Source of the DNA: Harriotta raleighana | Lineage: Eukaryota | Direction of reading: 5' to 3' | Assembly (NCBI GenBank): GCA_050575255.1 | Contig: JBNZDD010013398.1 | Coordinates: forward strand, 287,360 to 351,359 | Length of the DNA: 64,000 bases | Made by a program: the position numbers and the translations under genes | In this document: piece by piece, positions 1 through 12,563 of the stretch | Numbering within the stretch: the first letter of the stretch is position 1 | Layout of the letters: each line of letters begins with the position of its first letter | The notes under the pieces: generated by a model | What the model was told of the DNA's origin: nothing | Databases searched by the model: none | What the model saw: only the letters and a program-made list of their open reading frames with translations

Positions 1-1873
1 AATGTTTGTGGGACACTGCTGTGTGTCAAACTATATCATAATGAATTTTAGCTGTGCTCGATTAATGTTTTTAAATATGTTTGGCTAATCTTAATTTCTA
101 ATGTCATCTAATCCTTGGAATATAATTTGACGTAAGGCAAAACTCATGTATTCTAGAGAGAAAAAGAAGGAAAAGCAGATCATCTGCAAAAGTGGATTTT
201 GTTTTGCGTAAATAAGGCAATTAGAGTGCTACATAACTATTTGTGCCAAGATCAAATATAAAGTTTGTCTTTTACCGTCACATCAAATTAATAACTTTTT
301 CAAGTGTATATTGGTATATAAACCATGTTCTGCTTATATGTTCTGAAGTGCTTAATAGACTTGTTACAGCATAGCAAATCAATATTTTTCATAGAGATAA
401 TTGTAGCAAAGGCTGCCAATTTACTCGGAATTACACATGATTGATCCAAAGAACATCACGAGCTTGTGATTATATATCATACAGACGTTGAAAATCAATG
501 CAGCGACCTCCAACGAGGTTACCTCATAACAGCAGTAATAGATAGTGTGATCTTAAGAAAATAAGATGTAATCATATTCGTCAGCATTATGCGTTGCCGT
601 GGCACAAATAGAGTATAATTTGAAGCATTTTTCCTTCACTGCAAGAATCTAAACAATGTCACATTGAAGGAGGTTGGTCCCGTTTCAGAAATCTATGCAA
701 GTGTAATGTGGAAGTTTACCTGAACACCTGGACCTGGGAAGTTAAACGCTTTACCTAATTTTATATGCTTAATTTCAGTGGACATTCAATTAGTGGTGGT
801 ATGTTCTATGTTGAATTCTTTTTCGGTAAAGAGTGATATTTAACATTATACAATTATTTTCCAAAAATATGAGGTTCGTTTTCTTTCAAACGTATCATAT
901 AATTTACAATATTCAGTTGGTATATTTTATTCTGAAGCAAAAGACACTTCAAATGTCAGATTCAAACCGTACAAACCATGGGTGGTCTGCAATTAGATTA
1001 TTACATGCAGTTCCAGTCCCAGCAACATTATGGGGAACGAGGCAGCGAGGCAGCACAGAGAGAACAAACAAGTCTGACCATCATTAAATATTACAGGAAT
1101 TATTTACGAGGAGCAAATAAGATACATTAAGGTCCTTTAGCCTTGAAATTGAATGTTTTGCAGAAACCATACCAAGGTACTTATTTGTTATACTAGATGA
1201 GATTGAGAAGTTAAGCATTGCCTTCAGGTAGTCAGAGTCACTTGGAGAAATCTGCACGGTTTCAGACTGATGAAGAACAACTTATTTCAGTACATGTCCA
1301 GTACATATTTTTTTACATGGAAAAAATACTTCCTGGTGTACTAGTATAACTTGATTGACTTGTCTCTGCAAAACTGGAAGGGAAGTAAAGGCAAGAAAAT
1401 GGGAATCAGTTAAAAAAAAAGCTTGATTTCGTAATGTTAATAAGTTATGATATATTTTCCTAAATGAAGGAAGCAAGTGGGCAGATGGATCATAATCTGA
1501 AACAATCCCGTGATCTTGTATCTTGAGTGGTGATGTTCCAAGCTTCAAATGTGTGTTGGTAACATTTCGATAGACTATGCAATCTGAGGATGGGAAATTA
1601 GTGTTGTTTTATTTAGGTGAGTCAACTTTTTTTCTGTACATGCGTACTATGGCTTTATAAAAATCTTCGCGCTGTGTTAATAACAGCAGATGCACTAAAA
1701 GAAACATATTTACTATATATTTACCTTGGATATAAGCATAAATAGGAAATTTAGTTTTGATTTGAAGAAATACTTCAGCCATTGCTTGAATGAGATTCTG
1801 GGTCAATCTATGGTTGTGTTCTGCCAAAGAGTTTGGGGTTCACAGGAATATATATCTTTGAGAAACTGCTACG

Positions 1874-1915
1874 TGTAGTTATTGGGCGAGACACTTTGTG
1901 TCGCTGTCTACCAAT
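1874..1915 (+). promoter_or_regulatory. Pcdh promoter conserved sequence element (CSE, CGCT box; putative CTCF site) of variable exon V1
   Basis: TGTAGTTATTGGGCGAGACACTTTGTGTCGCTGTCTACCAAT, about 260 bp upstream of the ATG; near-identical copies precede V2 and V3. Confidence 0.85.
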
Positions 1916-2175
1916 GAGGAACTGAAATATGACCAGAGATCCATCAGTCCTCCCCCAACACCATACAGGGTGGAGGAAGAAGGCAAGCTGGAGCGCCGTT
2001 TGCATTTATGTGTCAACCATCTTTCGTTCCGGGCACATTCTGCATTGGTGGGACATGCGATTTGTCGTATATTTTCCTTTGCATTTTATACGAAGACAAG
2101 TGGCTGTGAGGAATATTTATCTTTCATTGTTATTTACGCAGCATTGCGAATGAAAAGGCGCATTCGGGTTGGAGG

Positions 2176-4620
2176 ATGCAAGCGTTGCCCTTCCTGATCC
2201 TGCTTTGTGTCGGGGATTTCTGTTTTGGTCAGATTCGATACTCTGTACCAGAAGAATTAGAAACCGGCTCCTTTGTTGGGAATATTGCTAGAGATTTGGG
2301 ATTAAATGTGAGAAAACTCTCCGATCGCAGGTTCCGGATCATCTCCGCCACGGATGAGAGGTATTTCGAGGTAAATTTAGAAAATGGCGTTTTGTCCGTT
2401 AAAGAGAAAATCGACAGGGAGCAGCTCTGTGATCAAAGTTCCCCCTGTTTACTGAATCTGGAGATTGTTATGGAAAACCCTTTGGAACTGTACCGAGCTG
2501 AAGTCGAGATACAAGACATCAACGATAATTCCCCCAGTTTTTCGAAAGCTGAGCTAAATTTGGAGATCCTAGAATCCATCCCCCCGGGAACTCGCTTTCC
2601 ACTAGAAAGCGCTCACGATCCGGATGTTGGTATGAATTCCATCCGGACTTACCGCCTCAGTTCGAACGAGCATTTCACCCTGGAAGTCCAGAAAAGGAGC
2701 GATGGCACACCAATCGCACAAATGGTCCTAGAGAAATATTTAGACAGAGAAAGGGAAGGGGTTCATCGGCTTCTCTTGATTGCCATCGATGGCGGAAATC
2801 CCGAGAGAACAGGTAGTGCCCAGGTCATCATCACTGTGCTTGATGTCAATGATAATTTGCCTGTGTTTGATCATTCTATGTACAGAGTTAGTGTGGTGGA
2901 AAACGTGGCTGAGAACAGTTTAGTTATTGATCTAAACGCTACTGATTTGGACGAAGGTTCCAACGCAGATATAATCTATTCCTTCAGCAGCCACACTCCG
3001 GGTAGAGTCCGTGATCTGTTTAGTTTAAAGCCTGAAACGGGAGAGGTCAGAGTAAAGGGGGTGTTGGACTATGAAAAAGCCATTAGTTACGAGATCAATG
3101 TTGAAGCAACAAACCAAGGTGGAAACTCCATTCCTGTGTATTGCAAAGTTCTGGTCGACATCTTGGACGTGAATGATTTTAAACCCGAGTTGACAGTGAT
3201 GTCCTTATCCAGCCCAGTGCCCGAAGATGCTGCAATCGGGACGATGATAGCTCTGCTCAGTGTGAAAGACCCAGATAGCGGAGAGAACGGCAGGACCAGT
3301 TGTCACTTAACCCCTAATCTTCCGTTTGAACTCAAATCATCTTTCGAGAACTCGTACATGCTGGCCACCAAACATACTTTGGATAGAGAAACAGTTTCTC
3401 AGTTCTCAATTAACGTCACCTGTGTGGATGGAGGTACTCCCGCCCTTTCCACTGAGAAAGCTTTACAGGTGGAGATTTCAGACATCAATGACAACGCCCC
3501 ACGTTTTGAGAAGTCGTCTTACACAGCCTATCTACCGGAAAACAGCCCACCAGGCACTTTGATTTGTACCGTTAGAGCTCGAGATCCAGATTTGGGTCAA
3601 AATTCCCACATTTCCTATTCCATCCAGGAGAAGCGCATTCAGGCTGCTCCTATCAGCTCGTTTGTGTCCATTAACTCAGACAATGGCAACATATTTTCAC
3701 AGCGTTACTTTGATTACGAGCAGCTTAAACGTTTCCATGTCTATGTTGAAGCCCGGGATACAGGGACCCCTCCGCTGAGCAGCAGCATTATTGTGAACGT
3801 GATCATTCTCGACCAGAATGACAATCCTCCCACCCTTATCGATGCCCTGGCGAAGGATGCATCGCGGGTAACTGTGCTTCGATCGGCCCAACCAAATTCC
3901 TTGGTGACCAAGTTAGTTGGAACTGACGCTGATTCGGGACAGAATGCAAAGTTGGTTTACAAACTGCTCCAAGCCACCGACCAAAGTCTGTTCACAATAC
4001 TACACAGTTCGGGAGAGGTTCGAACTGTGCGCCCATTTGACGACGGGGATTCCATTGAGCAAGTGTTGGTTATTTTGATAAAAGACAATGGACATCCCTC
4101 TCTGTCGTCCACCTTCACCATCACATTGTTACTGATGGATGGTGTGGCAGAAATTGTCTCTGACTTCAGCGATCTTCCCCCAAATAGCGAGCCTCCCTCC
4201 AGTTTAGCCCTTTACACAATCGTATGTCTGGGCTCTTTCTCATTCATCCTTCTAGTGATAATAATTGGCCTAGTGACTACCATATGCCACAATGATAACG
4301 GCAACGAAATGTGCTCTCTGGTCATTTGTTGCTTCAGAAGGAGAATTTCGAACAATGTTTCACGACCGTCTAATATACACCTTCAGATACACCCTGATTC
4401 GAAACTGATTTCAAACTTTGTAGAAGTTCGTGGGACCGGCTCCCTCTCCCAAACATATTGCTACAAAGTTCCTTCGACCTCAGAACCAGCCAACAATGAC
4501 TTCAGGATACTCACTCCTTTCGGCACTGCAACACGTGGAAGCAGAAGTAAAAACACTGAGTTGTATTTCTCGGAGTGGAGTGAGCAAACTACTAAGAAAA
4601 GCATTCATGTTGCCAGAGAG
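2176..4620 (+). CDS. Clustered protocadherin variable exon V1 (signal peptide, EC1-EC6, TM, variable cytoplasmic domain; 815 codons)
   Basis: ORF 2176-4662 with QIRYSVPEE start of EC1, DRE, DxNDN and AxDGG cadherin motifs, a hydrophobic TM segment, and a phase-0 donor GAG|GTGAGT at 4620/4621. The ORF beyond 4620 is intron read-through. Predicted 955 aa when spliced to the constant exons. Confidence 0.95.
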
Positions 4621-5761
4621 GTGAGTCATAAAAAAAGGTCTATGCCCTCTCTTTACATATAAAGAGGTAATCTCTTGTATGTCACATGCATTTGTAATCA
4701 TTTGAGCATTTATAAATGACCAATAATTGGTAACAATCTTACTTGGATTTTTCTTCAAAGAGTAAACGAGCTCCCTTGGTAGTCTTGCAGGTAAGTGTTT
4801 CACTTGTTACAGTGCCAGTCCACGTTACTGGAAGTTCATAGGTTCAGAGTCTCTACTTGGTAACAAGCCAACCACCTTGTTCGAACAGGAATCGAAAGTA
4901 CTGACCAGTACTTGAAGCGTCCCACACTGTTAACTGGGTAGTATGATCCAACTTGGAAAAAGCAGTGCTAAGATTGACAAAGAGTATCACAGATGACAAC
5001 AAGTTATTGAGTTTAGGTTAGTTCGGCAGGTATCTGAACCACACTCTGCTATCCCGAGTACATTATCTCTTGTAAGCCCGTGTCTAATTATTTCAGCAAT
5101 TAAGTGAGCAGGGCGCATGAAAGGTGGAGGGTGGTGGAGGTGGGGGTGGGGGTGGTGTGGGAGGTGGGGGTGCGGTGGTCGGAGGGTGCAGAAGAGAATG
5201 CATTCTATTTCAATGAAATGGAAATTGTTTATGGGATAGTGGGAAGCATATGTGAAACTTTCTTAAGCATGACGTTAGATTTCCTCAAGAGTCAAACACT
5301 TGGTTGGTTAAAATTAAAAAAACACAGGGAGGAAGTGAAAGTGGGTGGTAGAAGTTGACAAAGAAAATAGATTGAGGAATACTACACATGGAATACTTAA
5401 GCGCTTTGGGACGCTCCTCTGTCTCAAACAGATGACAAGCTACTAATGTTTTAAGAAAGGGTATTGTATAATATGTTCATCCCATATTATGTTACTGGAT
5501 TGGGCCTGATCCTTTCGACTTAAAAGGAGACGCATAAATGCAAGTTGTTGTTCTTCTTGGTCCAGATGTAAGTGATGGTTTATTGAAGTGCAATACACAC
5601 AGGTACAGCTAGGTGGCTGGAGTTTACCGTTTGGTACTATTGGTGAAAACCTTAGATGCAATTAGTATGCTAATTGCCTTTGTTACGCATAAGAATCATA
5701 AAACAAGACTTTTCGTGGCTTTGTTTTATATTTAAGTCCAAAAATATCGTCAATTTGTCAA

Positions 5762-5803
5762 TGCAGTTATTGGCGAAGACACTCTGTGTCGCTGTCTACC
5801 AAT
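5762..5803 (+). promoter_or_regulatory. CSE (CGCT box) of variable exon V2
   Basis: TGCAGTTATTGGCGAAGACACTCTGTGTCGCTGTCTACCAAT, about 260 bp upstream of ATG 6065. Confidence 0.85.
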
Positions 5804-6064
5804 GGGGAGCCACAACGCTACTAGTGATCCATCCCCGCTTCCCCCCTCCCCCAACATAACGCATAGTACAGAGCAGCAGAGCAAAAGCAGTCTGCTGTTT
5901 ACCATTGACATTGTGCCCCAGACGCTGATTATCGCCGCGAAGGACGGATCGGTTCTCAGCATCTCCTCAAATTTTATATCAAATAAAGGTGAGGGGCGTA
6001 TTATTCGCGAAATAATTTTTTTACACACCATTACGAACGAAAGGGCGGAGAATTAAGACAGAGA

Positions 6065-8515
6065 ATGCAAGCCTTGCTTACGTTTTTCCTGCTTTGTGTC
6101 TGGAATATCGTGAACGGACAGATTCGCTACTCCATCCCTGAAGAATTGAAACATGGCACTTTCGTTGGGAATGTCGGTAAAGATGTGGGACTGGATGGAG
6201 GAGAACTGGCTGGTCGGAGGCTCGGGATCATGTCTGTCACAAGGAAACGGTATTTAGAGATAAATGAGGAGACTGGTATTTTGTTCGTGAATGAATTGAT
6301 AGACCGGGAGCACCTCTGCGGGCGGAACCCTGCTTGTTTTGTGAATGTTGAAGTGGTTGCGGAGAACCCGTTGGAATTATACCTCGTTGAAGTGGAGATA
6401 TCAGACATAAATGACAATCCTCCCGGATTCCCAAGCGATGAATTCCGTTTGGAAATTATGGAGTCGGCGCCGCCTGGAACTCGCTTCCTTCTGCAGAGCG
6501 CGCATGATCCAGACGTGGGCGTCAATTCCATCCACCATTATCGCTTGAGTCCAAATGAGCATTTTGCTTTGGAAGTGCAGAGCAGCGGTGATGACAGCAG
6601 ACATGTCTACTTAGTGCTGGAAGATCACTTGGATCGAGAACAGAAGTCTAGTCATCACCTGGTGCTGACTGCCGTTGACGGCGGGACGCCAGAGCGATCT
6701 GGGAACACCCAGGTAATCATCAGTGTCCTTGATGTCAACGACAATGCTCCGGTGTTCGATCGGACTCTCTATAAAACCAACCTAAGGGAAAACGTACCGG
6801 TAGGCACCGTAGTTGCCAAACTAAACGCTACCGACCTGGATGAAAATATGAATGCGGAAATAACATACTCTTTCAGTAGCCTCACTCCAAAGAGGGTTGG
6901 AGAACTTTTCAGTGTAGAAGCCAAAACAGGCGAGATCAGAGTAAAAGGAGGGATAGATTTTGAGGAAGCCAACATTTACGAAATCATCGTGGAAGCCAAG
7001 GACAACGGTGCAATCCCCGTGCATTGCACTGTCCGGATAAATATCATAGATGTAAATGATAATGCTCCGGATGTGACTCTGATATCAGTGTCTACCACAA
7101 TCCCAGAGGATGCAGGGACCGGAACTGTGATTGGGTTGATCAGTGTGAATGATCAGGATTCCGGTGATAACGGTCGAGCGAGTTGCAGGATTCCTCCCAA
7201 CCTGCCATTCGAACTGAAGTCCGCTTTCATCAACTCGTACACGCTGGTCACAAGTCGTGCAATGGACAGAGAAACTGTAGCAGTATATCATATTGACATC
7301 TCATGCCGGGACATGGGGTCTCCCGCTTTGTCCAGCAAAGTGAGCATTCAGATACAAGTGTCAGACATCAATGACAACCCCCCTCGCTTCTCGGAGAATC
7401 CTTACACTCTGCAGATAATGGAGAACAATCCTCCTGGGGCTTCCGTCGGCTCAGTCTCCGCTTTAGATCCTGATGTGGGACAGAATGCTCACCTTTCCTA
7501 CTCAGTCCTGGAGAGCCAGGTCGGAGGAATGCCCGTTTCCTCCTTCGTCTCCATCAATTCAGACAACGGCATCGTCTTTTCCCAACGGTCCTTCGACTAT
7601 GAAGAACTCAAGAACTTCCAAATCCACGTTCGTGTGCAAGATGCTGGGTTCCCCCCGCTCCTACAGAACGCTAAAGTGAACGTTGTCATTCTGGATCAGA
7701 ACGACAACGCTCCTATAATCATATCGCCCCGGGTAAAGAATGGTTCCAGATTAACCATACCGCAACCAGCAGACTCCGGCTATTTGGTGACCAAAGTAAT
7801 GGCAACGGATGCTGATTCCGGGCAGAACGCACGCCTGGTCTATCAACTGGTTGGAGCTACGGATCGGACTCTTTTCAGCATTGGCAGTAACTCTGGAGAA
7901 ATTCGAACAATTCGCCCACTGAGAGACAAGGACGCCAGCACACAGACTTTAGTCATCCTGGTGAAGGACAACGGACACCCATCATTATCTACAACCACCA
8001 CCGTTTGGCTCAACCTGATTGAGGTTGAGACAGAAGTAATTTCTGGCTTGCCACCCAAACTCCAACCCCACCAGGAGTCATCGGAAACAGCCTTTTATGT
8101 GATTATACCTTTAGCTACCATCACAATGGCACTGTTGGTAGCTCTCATTGCCCTTGCTATCGCCATTTGTCACACAGACAGGGGAGCTCCTGGCGGCTCC
8201 GGCTGTTGTGTGACCTGGTGCTGTTGTTTGGGGCGGAGGCATTCGGACGAGAGGTTTCAAAACCCCACCCCGACCTTTCACGCGGTGCCAAACTCCAGAT
8301 TGGTGAAAAATATGGTTGAGGTCCGTGGAACCGGTGGCCTGGACCAAACGTACAGCTACACGATACGATCGGTTCCTGGAACGATTAGAAACGATTCCAA
8401 GATGCCTCCACCGTTCTGCGCGGTGCCTGTCAGGAATCAATCCCACGATGCTGACAGATATCTCTCAGAGTGGAATGTGAAGGGAATGAAAAACACATCA
8501 CGTTTCCCTGATCAG
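6065..8515 (+). CDS. Clustered protocadherin variable exon V2 (817 codons)
   Basis: ORF 6065-8755 with six cadherin repeats, TM and Cys-rich juxtamembrane segment; phase-0 donor CAG|GTGAGT at 8515/8516. The rest of the ORF is intronic. Confidence 0.95.
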
Positions 8516-8764
8516 GTGAGTCATCTAACCGGAAGACCAATTAAAATAACTGCCTCAGCAATGATTCCCGAATACACGCTTCTTGCGTTTCGCTGGCGTC
8601 TTTGTCTGGGACAGTCAAATAATTGTGGACTAAAAATTTTAAATAAATTCTCCTATTTTTCTCCTCCAATGTTACATTCCAATGCCATCTTATACCCGTC
8701 TTCTCCTCTAGGTGGAGACTCATACAGGAATATGATTCCAGTGAAGTGCAGCTAAACTTTACTT

Positions 8765-8900
8765 CCCCAACTGGATAATCTTCATGTGTGAACCTGGACT
8801 GTGAGTGCAATCGAGTTTTGAACTATGATCCAGTTCTCACCTAAGCCAACCAGCAGGCTTTACTAGATCATTAATGAGGATTCAGAAGCCTGAATCTGGA
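8765..8900 (-). mobile_element. Fragment of an old interspersed SINE-like repeat
   Basis: Minus strand reads CACTCACAGTCCAGGTTCACACATGAAGA; related motifs recur near 20.88 kb, 35.6 kb and 37.0 kb. Boundaries approximate. Confidence 0.4.
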
Positions 8901-9269
8901 TGCCAAACCCAATTATCTTGCTTCTCCTGGGAGAAGATGAGATTATTAGTATCTATCATCGGAGAGGATCACATGAAGAGACAGTTGGTCAGATGGATCA
9001 GCAGCAACGCATCCCCATGCTTATGAGTATTCAAACCAACCTGAGATTTCCATGTATTCCACCTTTATATGAGAATTAAGAGATATTTATTGGAATGGAA
9101 TGTGTGTTCTCTCCCTAATTCTGCAAAGTATTAAGCACAAGTTGGCACAGAGGGTAGGCTCACGTCTGACATTTCATTGCCAAACATGTCACCTTGGTTT
9201 GTGGACGGAGCTGGAGAAAATATAGTCTTCAAACAACAAGACGTCAAAGACCCATGAGAATGAATGAAT

Positions 9270-10130
9270 ATAACAACATCTTGCAGTTAAATAGCGCCCT
9301 CTATGCTGGATAGCGTGTCAGAGTGGTAACAGTGGTGGAGCTTGACTCCAAGCTGTGGAAGTGTGGTGGTGGTGTGGGGTGGGGGGGGAGGAGAGAGAGG
9401 GGGAGGTTGCTGTAAGTATGCTCAAAGAATTTCAGGTTGAATTTGAAAAGGGGGAAAGGGGGCCAGTTGGAGGGATTGTGGGAGTGTTCCAGAGTTTGGG
9501 GAGTTTCCAATTAATTTGGTTCGAGTGAAACCAAATTAATTGGTTAATTTTTCTAACCAAAAATTAGATTTTATTCTACCATCGGAGGCTGAGCTTTCAG
9601 ACACTCAGCAAATTAGAGTGTATTGCACCTTTCAAGTTGTGAGGATGTTTTCCCAACCCAAGCTGGGGGTCAGGATCCAGGATGATGGAAGGCAGTTGGG
9701 AAAGGATGGTGATTGAAGACAGACGAAGAGGACAGCTGTGAGATGGGTCTTGAAGGAGGCTAAGGAGGGGTGAGGCAGAGGGATTGCAGGATGGAGTTCG
9801 AGAGTTGGGACAGACAGGTTGAAGGCCTGCCTGCCAATGGTGAAGTGGGCGAGGAATGGGATGTGAAGCAGGCCAGATCCTGCTGAGTAAAGGGAGCAGG
9901 CAGGTTGGTAGGAGATTGGGAAGATGCAGAGATAAGGGGGGCAAGGGCATGGAGAATTTTGAGGGTAAAGCAAAAGATCTTGAATTGTATCCTCTGGAAG
10001 CCAGTGGAGTGGGTGAGTATAATGGTGATAGTGTCGTGAGGCCTGGATAGGCAGCAGGGAAAGGACATAAGCTGCAGAGTTCTGGAAGATCTTCAGTATA
10101 TTGAGGGAGCAGTTGGAGAGGTTGATAATC
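9270..10130 (-). mobile_element. L2-clade LINE 3' fragments (decayed)
   Basis: Minus-strand translation QRIQFKIFCFTLKILHALAP resembles the L2 ORF2 C-terminus; similar to copies at 21.3, 23.0 and 28.1 kb. Boundaries approximate. Confidence 0.7.
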
Positions 10131-11333
10131 AGAGATCCTAGTATATATTAGATTAATTAAGGGGTGGATGAATCCAGATTTGACCTCTCTCACTATTTAT
10201 GGGCTATTTACTGAGCCCATTAAGTATCTCAATCTCACACTAAGGTATTGTTGCCCTGATCGAAGGATATAGCTGAACAGTGGAGATTGATACGTTTGAA
10301 GTTTCTGAAGTTTGTTTATTTATGCTTGGGGTGATTAAATCCACAGGATACTTATGCTCCAGTGGGAAAAAATCGATAGACGTTATTTAATTCTCCAAGG
10401 TTTCTGAAGCTTTTGCTTTTTTTAAAAAAAGAATGAGTTTCTTGATCCACTGTACTGCTAATTTGCTTCGATAACGTAATTTTTATAACTCAACAATTGG
10501 AACTGATCACGACTCTCTCAATGATTCCAGACAACCCATTCCATCCGGGTGGGCATTTGATTTGAAAGAGATATGTGTAAATCCTGTACTCCTCGACAGG
10601 ATTCGAGGAGTAGAGGATTATAATTCTATAACATTTAGAAATGCTGTAACTCCGGAATCTTTCCCGACTGTTTAACCTTTTCAAAATGATTAGAAAAACT
10701 TCAACCCTGTTATTAGCGGGACACCTGTATAACAATTAAGGTGTAGAATTGCCATTTAATAGATCATGTTATCGCCAAACCGCCTTTTAATCAAATCCTC
10801 ATCATGTTGTTATTAAATGTTTGTTCGGTTTCCCACAAGTCTTACTTAAGGCAGCAGGGCAGGATTGTAGTGCAAGTTTCTTCTCCTTTGGTCATTTATT
10901 ATTGTCCCTTGTGACACGAATACTGGAGACTTGCCTGTCGTGTTGCAATGTCCCCGAGTGACAGATGCTTTGTCTGCCTGGACTGGGCACATCCTGCAGG
11001 AATTGTGTCTGACTAAGCTGTCGACATTATAATGAGGCATTTTGCTGTACAGCCAAGGTGTGGTGAAGCAATGAAGTACTGTACTGTATTTATTCTGATT
11101 AAGCACAGGAGTGTCAGAGGCGAGATCCGAGCAGGCAGCACACAAACGTTAAAGTTCAGATGAAATTAAATCTGCTGCAGCCCAAAGCTTGTGAAAAGAG
11201 ATTAATTTTCAAAGGAACACTTTCATTGCTTTTCTTGTCTGAACCATTGCTCGTGTGTGGAATACTTAATAAACCGTGTGTCACAGCATCGCACAGTTCT
11301 GCTCGTTTTGGCAGGATTTTGGCTGCTCCCTCA

Positions 11334-11334
11334 G

Positions 11335-11419
<85 letters not shown>

Positions 11420-11569
11420 AGCCCCCCCCCCCNNNNNNNNNNNNNNNNNNNNNNNNNNNNNNNNNNNNNNNNNNNNNNNNNNNNNNNNNNNNNNNNNNNN
11501 NNNNNNNNNNNNNNNNNNNNNNNNNNNNNNNNNNNNNNNNNNNNNNNNNNNNCCCCCCCCCCCCCCCCC
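11334..11569. other. Poly-C tract with assembly gap (120 N at 11433-11552)
   Basis: Directly visible; true length and sequence unknown. Confidence 0.95.
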
Positions 11570-12242
11570 TTCTGCCTCCAAATGCCATTCTGAGATTGCC
11601 TGCAATGTGCTAAGAAACAGCAATTTGCTAAGTGGAATCAAGCGAGTTCTTTATTTAAGTTACAATTTTAAAAAGGATTAAGCGGCTATTGTAATGTGTT
11701 TTCTTCAGGCAATACTAATGTTCGTGAACGATGTAGCAACATCTAAGATCATGCATAACAGTTATAATGTAAGACAATGATTGATCTGCAGAACACGTGT
11801 GTCATTAGCAACTATTTGTGAAAATGGAAACGGGAGGCATACATTTAACACAAAGCCATGACATTATCCCAGGCGCGACTTGTTCATATCAGCTTTACTT
11901 TTAAAGTTAAAAAAAAGGCTTATTTTGAAACAGTTAAAGGTTAAATTATTTTCAGTGAGGATTGCACATGGTGTGGGGGTGTGGGAGGGGGGTGGTGAAG
12001 TGGTGAAAAAAATAATGTGGACGTTCCTCCATTGTAATCCAAGAAATCTGACGGATTTAAAGCAGTAATTACTTTTCATTGTGCTTTTTCTGAATTAAAA
12101 TGTTACTCCTCCCCACTTTTTCGAGGAAATCATCAGCATGTGGCAAAGATTATTCTCGTCTGGTTCGAGAGAAATGGTTTGCATTTGCTGGAATAATATG
12201 CCAAACGACTGTTGGCACAGTCTAGCTTTAACAAGTATACGA

Positions 12243-12284
12243 TGCAATTATTGGCTGGGACTCTTTGTGTCGCTGTGTACCAAT
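12243..12284 (+). promoter_or_regulatory. CSE (CGCT box) of variable exon V3
   Basis: TGCAATTATTGGCTGGGACTCTTTGTGTCGCTGTGTACCAAT, 280 bp upstream of ATG 12564. Confidence 0.85.
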
Positions 12285-12563
12285 GAGGTACTCAAACACT
12301 GCTCTGGGTCCCACCCCTCTTTCCCCCCAGCCAACACGTACAGCAAAGATTCAGAAAGAAGGAAAGGCAGGGGTTGGTGTGTTTACATCCATCTCTGAAA
12401 AAAACAGCCATGTTTTTCAACACAGTGTTCCTCAACTGCTTAGGAAGTGCTTTAAGGCTTAACTAGTTTAGTCGGATATTAAACTGGATACAGGTGGTCG
12501 CCGTGTTTTCTCAGTTTGCATTGGCAACAACACTCCGAATGCAAGGATTAGCTCGGACAGAGA

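Noticed and set aside
6127-7291. Antisense ORFs overlapping variable exons (also within V3-V6)
   Set aside because: These are shadows of cadherin codon bias, recurring at homologous positions. Antisense lncRNAs are known for mammalian Pcdh-alpha but cannot be supported from this sequence.
8516-8755. Extended C-terminus of the 896-aa V2 ORF (and the shorter tails of the other variable ORFs)
   Set aside because: It lies beyond a consensus phase-0 donor, has no similarity to paralogs, and is intron read-through.
11156-11681. Poly-Pro and poly-Gly ORFs
   Set aside because: They are translations of the poly-C tract and N gap, not genes.
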